A stretch of 64,000 nt of DNA from contig JAHLWZ010000823.1 of assembly GCA_020536535.1 (NCBI GenBank), positions 1-64,000 on the forward strand. Reading direction: 5' to 3'. Below the pieces are notes generated by a model. It was not told where the DNA came from, made no database searches, and saw only the letters and a list, made by a program, of their open reading frames with translations. How positions within the stretch are numbered: the first letter of the stretch is position 1; each line of letters starts with the position of its first letter. Of this stretch, positions 1-11,428 are shown one piece after another. Position numbers and translations under genes: made by a program. Source of the stretch: Pelomyxa schiedti (Eukaryota > Protista > Evosea).

Positions 1-122
<122 letters not shown>

Positions 123-196
123 GAATACCACTTTTAAGCATTCTATATATAACCCTTTTCAACTCGTCTGAAATATCAAGCTTGTGAGCATCCACT

Positions 197-433
197 CCCT
201 TCCTCATCGCATCGTCTTCGATTCGTTTGAATGGTTCAGCCAGTTTTTTTTTTTTCCCCCCACCACCCCACATGTATCATCCACCTGACGCACGAGGTGA
301 GCACACACACACAACGTGAGGGACAGACACACTTACGTTCCGCCCCGAGTCATTGAGAATCACAAGGTGCCACTTCTCCTGATCCAGCTCGGCCTCGTTT
401 TTTTCCCTTTTGCGAAATGTTCCGTCGCACGGA
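197..433 (+). repeat. Left arm of ~240 bp imperfect inverted repeat (partner 1820-2063)
   Basis: 320-433 (ggacagacacacttacgttccgccccgagtcattgagaatcacaaggtgccac...) is the reverse complement of ~1820-1934 with few mismatches; similarity extends to ~197/2063. Confidence 0.93.
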
Positions 434-561
434 TGTAGAGCCAGCACCGCAGCCGTCAATGACCACGTGTTGCTGGCAGCACCAGCACATGATCTCCCAC
501 CAAAAATCAAGCCAGTCAAAAATTGCGTTTTAGGTAAAGTCTATTGGATGGGGGTCGTGTA

Positions 562-1839
562 TCATGAGAAGAGGGATGAGTGTTGATTGATGGTGGAGAC
601 GGGGGCAAACATATCGAAAGTGATCACAGGAAGCCCAGAAGAGGCATCAATGACGTGTATCTTCCTGTCACTTTCACTGACTGCAAACAGGAACCCACAC
701 CCGGCAATGACCTGGAGGAAGTGGTCAGTCGTTTGGATGCACCGCACTGGATGGTCAGAGTTGTGGCAGTCCCACAGTTCGTATGACATTTTATAATCAA
801 AGGCCTTCCCAACGCAGAATATGCAGTCATTCAGCTGTGACAGGTCAGAGCACCTGGTTGACAGCAATTTCGTTAAACCTGTTCTGGAATCGACTTGGAA
901 GACTTTGTCATCATCATTGCCCCATGGCATAACAATGAAGACAACAGAGCCACGAGTCCTCTTCCTCCTGAAAACAAGTGCTTGGGAAACCGGCAGCTTG
1001 AAAGGCACAGAAACCAATGGGGACTGCGCCAACACCGAAATTCTCTTGGATTCGTATGTCTGCCGTACATCGAACAGAGTGCATGAAATGGCCTTGCTTG
1101 AATCACAGCAAAAAATGAACAGTGCCTCGTCAGGAACCACATTATTCAAAAACAGCCTCGTCGAGGTGACTCCCTCCCCCGGCATCCACGGTACCTCAAT
1201 CCCAGCCGCAGGTACAATCCTCCCTGGCGCGTTCCTATAAGAAGTGAATTCCAGAATGCAACTGACTTCCATCGTCACTCTTTTGCTTCCACCGCCGCCA
1301 GAACCTGTTCCCGTTCCGGGAGAATTCTCCCTCCCGCACGTGACCCACCACCTTGCGTTGACTGCGTCGCACAAAACATATGCCCTGCATAGCTGCACAG
1401 ACCCGGCCGTGCCCCTCCCAGTTCCAGTTCCCCGGCCGGTCTCGCTGAGATCGACATCATCATCCCTCCGGAGTGTCAGCGTAGTGACATACCCGACGTC
1501 CCTCCGCGCCGAGACCCCGGGGGCCAGCCACCACCGCCACTCCAGGGTGCTGACGCGGCCGCGGGGGGTGAGGCCCAGCGTGGCGCGGGACACGCCGAAC
1601 AGCACCGTCCGGGGCTGCACCGCGAGGGCGACCGAGGACGCGGTGCCCAGGACCCAGTCGAGCCAGATGAGCCGCGCCAGGGCCGGGACCGAGAGCACCG
1701 AGCGCGCGGGGCTGCGCGAGCCGCAGCGTGGGTGCGACGACGCCGCAAGAGCCGCGAACTGGTCCACCGCGTTGACTGAGCATGACGCCGCCACTGCTGG
1801 AAGCTGCTCCGGCTCTGGCTCCGTGCGACGCACGGACAT
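562..1839 (-). CDS. Intronless hypothetical protein with N-terminal 'AVDQFAALAASSHPRCGSRSPAR' motif and beta-rich C-terminus (lineage-expanded family)
   Basis: 441-aa ORF, first plausible ATG at 1839 (MSVRRTEP); motif resembles a large family of Pelomyxa-type hypothetical proteins (from memory, unverified). Confidence 0.75.
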   Translation of the reverse strand: MSVRRTEPEPEQLPAVAASCSVNAVDQFAALAASSHPRCGSRSPARSVLSVPALARLIWLDWVLGTASSVALAVQPRTVLFGVSRATLGLTPRGRVSTLEWRWWLAPGVSARRDVGYVTTLTLRRDDDVDLSETGRGTGTGRGTAGSVQLCRAYVLCDAVNARWWVTCGRENSPGTGTGSGGGGSKRVTMEVSCILEFTSYRNAPGRIVPAAGIEVPWMPGEGVTSTRLFLNNVVPDEALFIFCCDSSKAISCTLFDVRQTYESKRISVLAQSPLVSVPFKLPVSQALVFRRKRTRGSVVFIVMPWGNDDDKVFQVDSRTGLTKLLSTRCSDLSQLNDCIFCVGKAFDYKMSYELWDCHNSDHPVRCIQTTDHFLQVIAGCGFLFAVSESDRKIHVIDASSGLPVITFDMFAPVSTINQHSSLFS

Positions 1840-2063
1840 TTCGCAAAAGGGAAAAACGAGGCCGAACTGGATCAGGCGAAGTGGCACCTTGTGATTCTCA
1901 ATGACTCGGGGCGGAACGTAAGTGTGTCTGTCCCACGTTGTGTGTGTGTGGGGCCACCTCGTGAATCAGGTGGATAATACGTGGGGGGTGGGGGTGAGGG
2001 GAAAAAAAAAAAACTTGCTGAACCATTCAAACGAATCGAAAGACGAGGCGATGTGGAAGGGAA
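1820..2063 (-). repeat. Right arm of the inverted repeat; contains the upstream region and start codon of the 562-1839 gene
   Basis: Reverse-complement match to 197-433. Confidence 0.93.
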
Positions 2064-2198
2064 ACACAAGCGGATGACCGAAGTGCACTGCCCAAGCGGA
2101 GCACAAGGCCCCCCATGGTTGGATTTATTCGCGTCACCCTGGTAGAGGCCCCACTCCAGGAGTTTGTGTGAAGAGCTGCAGAACGTTTTGGCCCCCCT

Positions 2199-2250
2199 CC
2201 CGCCACCGCCACCGCCACCGCCACCGCCACCGCCACCGCCACCGCCCCCC
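2199..2250. repeat. (CCGCCA)n hexanucleotide tandem repeat
   Basis: Direct reading, ~8 units. Confidence 0.95.
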
Positions 2251-3061
2251 ATGTGTGTCTTTTTCTTTTTTTTTTATCAGTGCTTTGTTGGGTTTGTTTT
2301 AGCACATCATTTGAGTATAACTCCTTCTGGGACGGGGCCCTATTGTGAGTTGCTTGTTTGCACGCGGTATTTTCCGTGTTAGAGTCTCAGCAAGGGCTTC
2401 TGTAACGTGAGCAGGTTCAAGGTGTCGCTTCACCCATAAGTATTGGATTGCCGAGATTTTTTCCTTAAAAGTCCGGATTCAGAGAGCATTCTCTTGGAGT
2501 GCACTTAAATACAAATCAAAACAATGAGCTCTGGTGATACTTCGCTTTGGGTGCGGGTGGCCCAGGTCCGATTCCTGGCGAAGGGGAAAGTCAAATCCTC
2601 TTCGTGGTTCAGTGGCAGAATACCTTCGTTTCACCAAGCGCAGCCACTCCGTTAATCATTTTTTTCCCCTTGAACCCCATAACAAAGCGATCTGGCCCTG
2701 GCCCACCACATGTTTGTTTCTTCTCTTTTTATTATCCTTTCCACTGACGAACCAACGCAGGAGTGGGCAAAAGAAAGAAAAAGTACTTACTTTGCCAATT
2801 AACAAATCTAGACCTGATGGTGTGTGCCCAAAAAAGATCCTCAAATGTCCCAAGTGCAACGCTTCTGGACCGCACTGTGTTCTTGAATCTGTGCACTGTG
2901 GGCACACCCACTATGACTGTGTACTATTTGCAATTTGAGTTTGGGATGTATTTCCCGTAGAGGCAATGCATTTCAGCAGCAGTATGTAGCAATGGCTAGG
3001 ACAAACCGACAGCGACATGTTCGCTCTTCTTTTTCTAAGTGGATAATGCATATCTGGAGCC

Positions 3062-3447
3062 CAGGGGCGGTCATTTTACATAGAGGAAAAACCACATGAT
3101 GTAATTTAGGGCGGTAACCTATCATTTCCTGTGTAAAATGACCGCCCAGGGGCGGTCATTTTTCACTTTGTATCCTGCAGTCAAAAACTCCAACCAGAGG
3201 TCCCACAGAGTGTTGAACAGGTTAAAAAAGTGTTTCCCCCCATTTTCCAGCCGTCGGTGCCCATGACAAGGCTCTCAGACCCATCGGTCATCAGTTCTCA
3301 GAAAAAACTCCGAGAGAAATCGTAGTGCCGGGAAGCCACCGTTGTGCAGGACAACGTAAGGTGGACATGCCGTGCAGCCGACTGGTATCTCGGCTGTGGG
3401 GTGGAGTTTTTGACTGCAGGATTCAAAGTGTAAAATGACCGCCCCGG
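3062..3447. mobile_element. Two abutting MITE-like elements (3062-3147 and 3147-3447) sharing the terminus CAGGGGCGGTCATTTT(A/T)CA
   Basis: ggggcggtcattttaca...tgtaaaatgaccgccc (short element); ~45 bp TIR ggcggtcatttttcactttgtatcctgcagtcaaaaactcca vs tggagtttttgactgcaggattcaaagtgtaaaatgaccgcccc; no clear TSD. Confidence 0.8.
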
Positions 3448-3597
3448 TTTTTGTTTCTGCCGTGGGAGGAAAAATAATTTGTTTTGTTGATCATAGTAGA
3501 CTAGTTCACAATTTTACTTTGGCACCAAGACTTCTGACGCCGTTCAGCTTTCCGCAACTTGGCATTAGCTTTAGAACTGCTATTCTAAGCGTCACTC

Positions 3598-3787
3598 ACT
3601 CACACTTTTTGGCATCAATGGGGCAGAAAAGGGACTGGTTCTCTGTACCCTGTGAAGGGAAAATTCTGAAATCTCTGGACCACATCTGGACCAGACACGT
3701 TCTACCGTGTCGTGGTCTTTCCAGCGTCTGAGGAGCACCACATGGCAAGATCCAAAGACCCAAAAAATTAAAAGTGTGAGTCCCAAA
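3598..3787. mobile_element. Degenerate MITE related to the element at 62219-62802
   Basis: agtgtgagtcccaaa at 3773-3787 is identical to the right TIR at 62788-62802; actcacactttt (3598-3609) is inverted to aaaagtgtgagt (3770-3781); shared internal tctctgt(a/g)ccctg..aaggga and ctggacca motifs. Confidence 0.65.
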
Positions 3788-3807
3788 TATTCCTTTTTTT
3801 TTTTCCC

Positions 3808-6145
3808 TCACAGAGCCACATCGTCGATGAGGAAGACGCCGAACTTTGAGTCTGATGTGCCTGAGTTGTCGGGTGAATCAACAACGATGAGCTGGTTGGT
3901 TGATGGAATCCAGGAAGTCAACCTCACATACTTGCCAAATGTTGGGAGTGTGTTTCTGTAATTGTAATCATAATCACCAGTTGTGGTGTCAAACACCCCA
4001 TCGACCACCCCACAGGCGTGAGTGTTGCCAAAGTAGAACCTCCCACACACAACAAACGCAAAGCCTACCCTCCTCTTGGTGCGAGGGACAGTCCACGTCT
4101 GCAAGATGGCGAGGGAGTCGGGGTCCACCCTCGTGATGTGTATGTGGCTGTTGTCTGGTGGTGCGTGAAGCGCATACAGCACACCCCCTGCGTCGACATA
4201 CCAGCATGTGTCTGTGTCTCCACCCCAGTCCCACGCTGACTGGCCAGAGTAGCCTGCGTTTGGGAGTGGTGCAGTTGCTACTATTGACCCGTCACTCACA
4301 CGCACCTTGGTCATTGTGGCTTGGTTGTACGGGGTGCAGTAAACGTGGCCGTTGTGCACAGCCTGGTATGTGCCACCGGGGCGGTTGGGCATGCCCTTGA
4401 GTGTGAATTGCCTTGGGTTGGTGTTGTTGAGGAAGCTGGTCATGTTTGCAAACTCTGTAAGTTGCAGAGTGGCATAGGAACTGCTCCAGTAGACTTTTCC
4501 GGTTGTGTTGTCAACAAACAGCTTCTGTGCCTGACGGAATGTGGTCGAGGGCACCATCTGCCCAAGTTGTTTGAGCTCCCTCATTGCTTCGGGAACAAGG
4601 CGACCAAGTGATGAAATTGTTCCACAAACGGCAGTTGAGTCACATTCAAATCTCACCTGTTTGCATTTTTTGTGTCATTTTACATTTTTTTTGGATGTGG
4701 AAAAGAGATACCTTCAATTCATTTGGTGCTGGAGAGTCATTCTCGGCACCTGAATCGCAAAGGTTTTTGACACGAGAAGTGAGAGTGTAATTGACAGCCA
4801 CGAGTTGGAGGTCAGTGAACCTCATGGTTGCCTGTTGTGCGTATTCTTGTGCTTCTTGTGCATCCTTCATCTTGTTGTCGCATTCATCGATGTGTTCTTG
4901 GAATGTCTTGAAGGGGTGAACACATTGTCAGTGTGTGATTGGCGTAACAGACAAGTTCCTACCTTTTTCGCAGTTTCGGTGATTGTCTTCAGTTCTGAGA
5001 GCATCAATGCCTCCCTGGAATTGACAGCTGCAACAATCTTGGCAAATTCAGTTCGTATCTCTGCTTCAACTTTCTCTGAAACTTCATCTGCGTTTTTGCA
5101 GCATCCCTTTTGGGTTTTTTTTAGTTGTTGTTGTCGAATTGGGAGAAAACACAATTGCAGTGAGTTTTGAAAGTGAAAGCTTCTCCAAACACGATGACAA
5201 CTTGGAGCACAGTGAGGCAATGTTCTCCTTGAACTTGGAGCTCAGGTCAGAGGAAAACACAAAGTCGTGATTCTTGTGGTCAATCAATCTGATAATTGTG
5301 TTAGTTTGTAGTTGGAAACAACCCGATGACGCAACAGGTCCCAAATCAGAAGAAAAAAGAAAAAGGAACACACACGTGCAATCACGGCAAATCAGAGACT
5401 TGTCAGTGTTGCAGTACCACCGCAGTTCCTCATGTGGATGCTTGGAACAAAGTGCTGGTTTGGGTTCCGCGGGTGTGACACTCGTCTGTGTCCTGATTTG
5501 ATCCACAGTCACAACCTGCATTCGACGTAGTGTGAATGATTTAGTTGGTGGAAGCAGCTAGCTCTAAATAAACACTACACTACATTGTGGGAGGCAGTCT
5601 TCCTCGCACGTGAGTGGTGTGCCTTGTCATCAGCACACAAGAACGCCCCGCACGTTGGGCACCACCACGGCACGTCGTGTGATCCGCACTCGACGCACTC
5701 GCGCGGCGGCGCGGCAGTCGTCGTAGTGGTCCCTGGTTTGTGTGTCCCGCCCTCGGCAACAAGTGGAGCCAGGTCCAACAGGTGGCACTTCCAAAGGTCG
5801 ACAGGGAACCCCCCTTGTGGAATTGCGGCCTGTCGATAGGTTGTGTTGAATGACTGTTTGTTTATTGGTAAGTAAAGGCACAGAGAGGGACCTGGAATTG
5901 GCACACAGGGCACCTCACTGACGATGGCGACGATGTGGCGGGGTTCCTCGCTGAGGGGAGCTCGCCTCGTGAACATAGAGTGATACATTCGAGGCACAAA
6001 CTGTGCAAACACGGCAGTAGCCTGACGGTGGGGTGAGTGCGAGGGTAATTTTAAAGTTCGGGCCGGGAGTTGTTCACCTGGGGTCGCGGAAGAACGAGGA
6101 GCAACACGGGCACGTTATTGGCGCTGTCACTTCCCTCTTGTCCAT
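3808..6145 (-). CDS. TRIM/RBCC protein (RING-HC, two B-boxes, coiled coil) with C-terminal olfactomedin domain; multi-exon
   Basis: RING CPCC..LPCLHSLCLEC..RCPVC; B-box1 CVECGSHDVPWWCPTCGAFLCADDKAHH; B-box2 CSKHPHEELRWYCNTDKSLICRDC..DHKNH; last exon LPNAGYSGQSAWDWGGDTD..VD..ITRVDPDSLAILQTW..AFVVCGRFY matches the olfactomedin pattern. Confidence 0.88.
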
Positions 6146-6943
6146 GAGAGAAAGTTGGCTGAATAAAATAATCAACAGACCGGAACGCTTCAATTTTCGT
6201 TTTCGAGTCAGTGTTTTGGGAAAGTTCCCAGAAGGGAGTGATGAGGCCTCAATCAATCCCTTTGATTATTCCTAGAAGGAGCCTTTTCTTTACCTCAAAA
6301 CTATGTGACTTGTAGTCAAAGCACCTGGTCACTGATTGAAGAGTCCCGCATGCGGGAATCAGGTGCGCGACGGGAATCTTTCTCCCAAAACGCTCCCGAA
6401 CCCTCCCAAAACGTTAAAAAAGTTGGAAATTACAGCACTGATTCAAGAGACAGATCAAATAGCAATCAGGCTGGTAGACAAGGCTAACAACCAATAGCTT
6501 AGAAGAGAATAATAAACTCGTTTGAAGACAAGGCGGTTTTGTGATTAGTGAGGTGACAGGGTGCAACAGCACCACAATCCACATAAGAACAGCCTCGTTA
6601 AAGAAGAGTTTAGAAAGGCGGATAGAAATCGAACGAGAAGGAGTGCGGTGTGTGAGTTCTAATCCTTGTTTCCGGTGCGCCACAACCAGCAAGAAAAAAA
6701 GAATCTGGTACGCTACACGACGCTCGTAATAGCGACTTAGCTTTTCCTTCACAAGACCAAATAACTCAAACGCAACAATAGTTTATTCACCACTCAATTA
6801 GTCAACCAATTTAACGACCATTGTGATCTCGTTGAAACGGAGATCTTATAAATGCTACGCAGGGGAATGGTGCCAAAGGTGTCAAGCTTAGCTTTGGTGA
6901 ATCTCTTGCCATTCTAATCCCGCGATCTAAAGTCTATCTCACT

Positions 6944-8132
<1,189 letters not shown>

Positions 8133-8872
8133 ATAAAACACCCACCGCATCATTCCTTTCCCACCATCACCTTGTAGTATTTTGAATAATCAAAAAACAC
8201 ATTTCGTTGCTATTGTGGCCATTATACACAGTACCAATATGGGACAAATGCGTGGTCCCCACGCCAGCTGTACGTGGCTCAGTGACAAATGGCCTAATGT
8301 GGGAGCGTCGGGTACAAAAGCACACCAATCGAGTGGGCAGAAAGAAAAAGAAAAAACTGGCAACTGTGGGGAATTGGCACGCGGAAAAAATTTGGCCTCT
8401 TATTGGTGTGCGAATGCCATGGTGTGACTTGTAGTTGTTGTTGGAACTGCAGTAACGACTGTTAGGACTGTGGGGAGCTTCTTCTTGGGTGTGGAGAAAG
8501 TGGAACTTGGCTGTGGAGGGTTGGTGAGTCACGGGATAAGATAATTACTGACTTGCGTGCCTTTCATCCGTTCAGGTAGGGTTGGGTGCCAGTAGAGTGC
8601 AGCACAGGGTATCACAGTGCAGTACAGTCAGTCAGTGCGTGATTACGGAGCTCACTCCGTCGGTGCCATGGACAGTCAGGCATTTGGCGTGGTAAACAAG
8701 GCAGTCCTGAGAGTTAAAGTGAGTGTCGTGCAACAAGGGTGAGGGTTTTGTACCTCAGTCCGATGTTACACATCATATCTTGCATGAGGCAGTGCTAAGC
8801 GGTATGGTTGTTTCCAAAGATACACCAATCATCCCAAAATCCCAATAATCCTCCTCTGACTCTGGGGTTTGG

Positions 8873-9511
8873 TTAGATTTTTCGTGGAGAAGAAAGTTTA
8901 TTACCTTGGGTTGCTTGGGTCTTCGTACTTGTTGTTTTATCAGTAGGTAGGATTATGGGCTGAGTGGGGGTGGTGGGGCGATTTAAGTGCTGGCGAAAGA
9001 CCCTGTGGCTCACCTTCTTTTCGTGGCGGTTTTGCTGTACTATGGTCCGATGAAATCCGAAGGGTTTCGTGTTAAATTGATTGCCCGGTGTGGGGGTAAA
9101 TATTTTTGTGTTAAAGAAAGGTGGTGGCTGTTGGTTATTGTTGTTGTGCTGGGATGGGGAAGCAAAGGTGGCCGTGTGGTGGTGGATGATGTGTTGATTG
9201 TTGTTGCCTGTGAGTGTGATTGGAGTTCTTGAAGGTAGATGTCTTCGTGGCAGCGTGATCACCATGACGGCGTTGTTCCGTCCTCGCGGCGTGCACGGTC
9301 CCATCATCGGGAGTCACTGGGTCCTGCGGCGAAAGATTCGAGTTAGCGACACCAACACACGTGGGTGAACAAAAAAACACGTAGAAAACAACGAAAGGGG
9401 TGGGGGGAAAAACACGCGAGAGATCGGTATGTGTACCTGTTCACGTGTGCATCTAAGAGCGATATCGGGTTCACGTTTCGGCACAGTCGCCGTCGCTCGC
9501 GTGCGTGTCAC
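8873..9511 (-). CDS. Possible low-complexity hypothetical gene or pseudogene fragment
   Basis: ATG at 9511 followed by a GT-AG intron and Q/H/N-rich codons; no domain recognised; downstream frames contain stops. Confidence 0.3.
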
Positions 9512-11428
9512 TTTGGTTGGTTTTTGGTTTTGGTTTTGTTAAAATTTTTGGTTAGATTAATCTGCGGGAGGGATAAATACTGCGAAAAGGAAACGGTGAC
9601 GCCTGCCAAAACGGCAACTGTTACAGTTGCTCCGCCCAGTTGTGCGTACAATTGAATAGACTCTGAGACTTACACTCGCAAATCACCGCATACTGGTTGG
9701 GCTTCCACTTCCGTCAGACTCGGAGATAAGGCTCCAAAGGAAGACCGCGGAGTAGATCTTGATCATCAACAAAGAATTCATCGTCCATAAACGTTCCGTC
9801 AGGTGTCCAAACGACGTTCAGACGGAGCCCGTGTGTTTCGGTGTGCATGCAGTGCCCTGGAGACCGCCGCCCGCTCTGCTCGCCACACAGTCAAAGTCAA
9901 TTGTGGGACCGTGCGTGCATCGTCACCTGGGGGCGGCGGCGTTGTTGTACGTGGCTGGCTAATGCGTCGCCTCACACCAAGCCACTGTCTCGCGATGCAC
10001 CTCGGAATTGTGGGACACACCGCGCCGTATCGGTGCACCCTCGGTTGCACGTCAAACTCTCTCAACAACGTCGAGGTTGTCTCCCATCATAATTGTGGCC
10101 AGAAGGGTTTTCCGTCGCACGCGCGGTGGCCATAAGTGTACGTTGTGGCTGACGGGACAAGGGACAAGACAAACCCACGGCACAATCGCCCGTTGTTGTA
10201 ATCATCGTCGATGTTCGCACGGTCGTAGTTCGGCGTGGTTTTTTTTTTTTTCCGTTTGTACAAGAATACTCGGAATTGCCAATGTGCCCATCAAGGTTCA
10301 CCATCATCACGCAAAACCGTACGCGAGCTTGGTTCAACCAACAAATGTGAGTTTCGTGTGTTCGACTTGTGTTTGTAGTGCTCCTTAGTGGGCTGTTTGA
10401 CTTCAGATGATAATTCAAAGGAACTTCCACTAGCCAAACTTTTTTCTCATAGTTCAGGAGCTACCGGTGGAGCGAAACCCACCATCACTACGAAGAGTGC
10501 CATCCAAAGATTCAACTTCAATGATGGGAGGTGTGGATATCTTCTCTATTATTAGCTGTGCTATGTGGTCACCCTTTTGCTACTGTTTTGATTTAGAGTT
10601 TAGAGTGGGTCTGTCTCTCAAACCTTGGAAAGGTGCCTGTGCGAAATTGAATAACAGAACTTGCACATGGCCTCTATAATCTAATGTTGTTTGTTAGTTG
10701 TTGTCAAATGTGATAAGATAAACCTACCGGAATCAATGGCACCAGCTCCAGCATCAATGCCATGGTTAAGAGCAAGTGAAGAGCGCGGCGCTGCAGTGAT
10801 GTGTTACATTTCCAATTGCGTTACTCAATAGCCCCAGATAGTGGAATGCCACAAAACCTATTCGCCCATAGTGGCCAGATGGAATAGCAACAGCAATATC
10901 AGTGGGCACCAGTACTCTCCATCACTGGTATCACAATGGGTGCAGCACTAAAAAAAAGTAAAACAAATAAATAAAACTCTCCTATTCTTGCAGCACAAGG
11001 AGCATTTGGAGCAGCACAAAGAGTGGGTGTTGGGAGTGCATTTGAGAGCGGGAGTGGTGGTGCATTTGGGGGCAGCATTTGGATTGGAGCGGTGCATTTG
11101 GGGATATCAGCAAGCAAGCAGCACGGGCATCGTTTACAACAGAGCTCTATTATATTTTGCCAAACCTTCTCTGATAGACACGGAAGTGCTTCTCAGTGGA
11201 AGGAGAGCCCTCAACAACAACGTTCAACAAAGTACAGCACCGACACACAGTCCTCCAATACGCCACCACAGCCAAATCATCTCGAAAGCAGGGCAAAAAA
11301 AAAACGGTTGAGAAATCAAAAGGCGGCACTGAACCGACATTTGGTTTGAAACATGTTTTTTTTTTACGTTGGTACCTGCTTGTGTTGTACAATAGATAGA
11401 AATTCATCCAAGAACAAGAAGCAAGGGC

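Noticed and set aside
1872-2382. Poly-Gly, poly-Pro and (VA)n ORFs
   Set aside because: Translations of the (CCGCCA)n repeat
9759-10430. Overlapping short ORFs with coding-like composition
   Set aside because: No consistent frame or recognisable domain; at most a decayed gene
10985-11105. Recurrent GCATTTG units resembling a short spaced array
   Set aside because: Repeats too short and irregular for CRISPR; eukaryotic context, no cas genes
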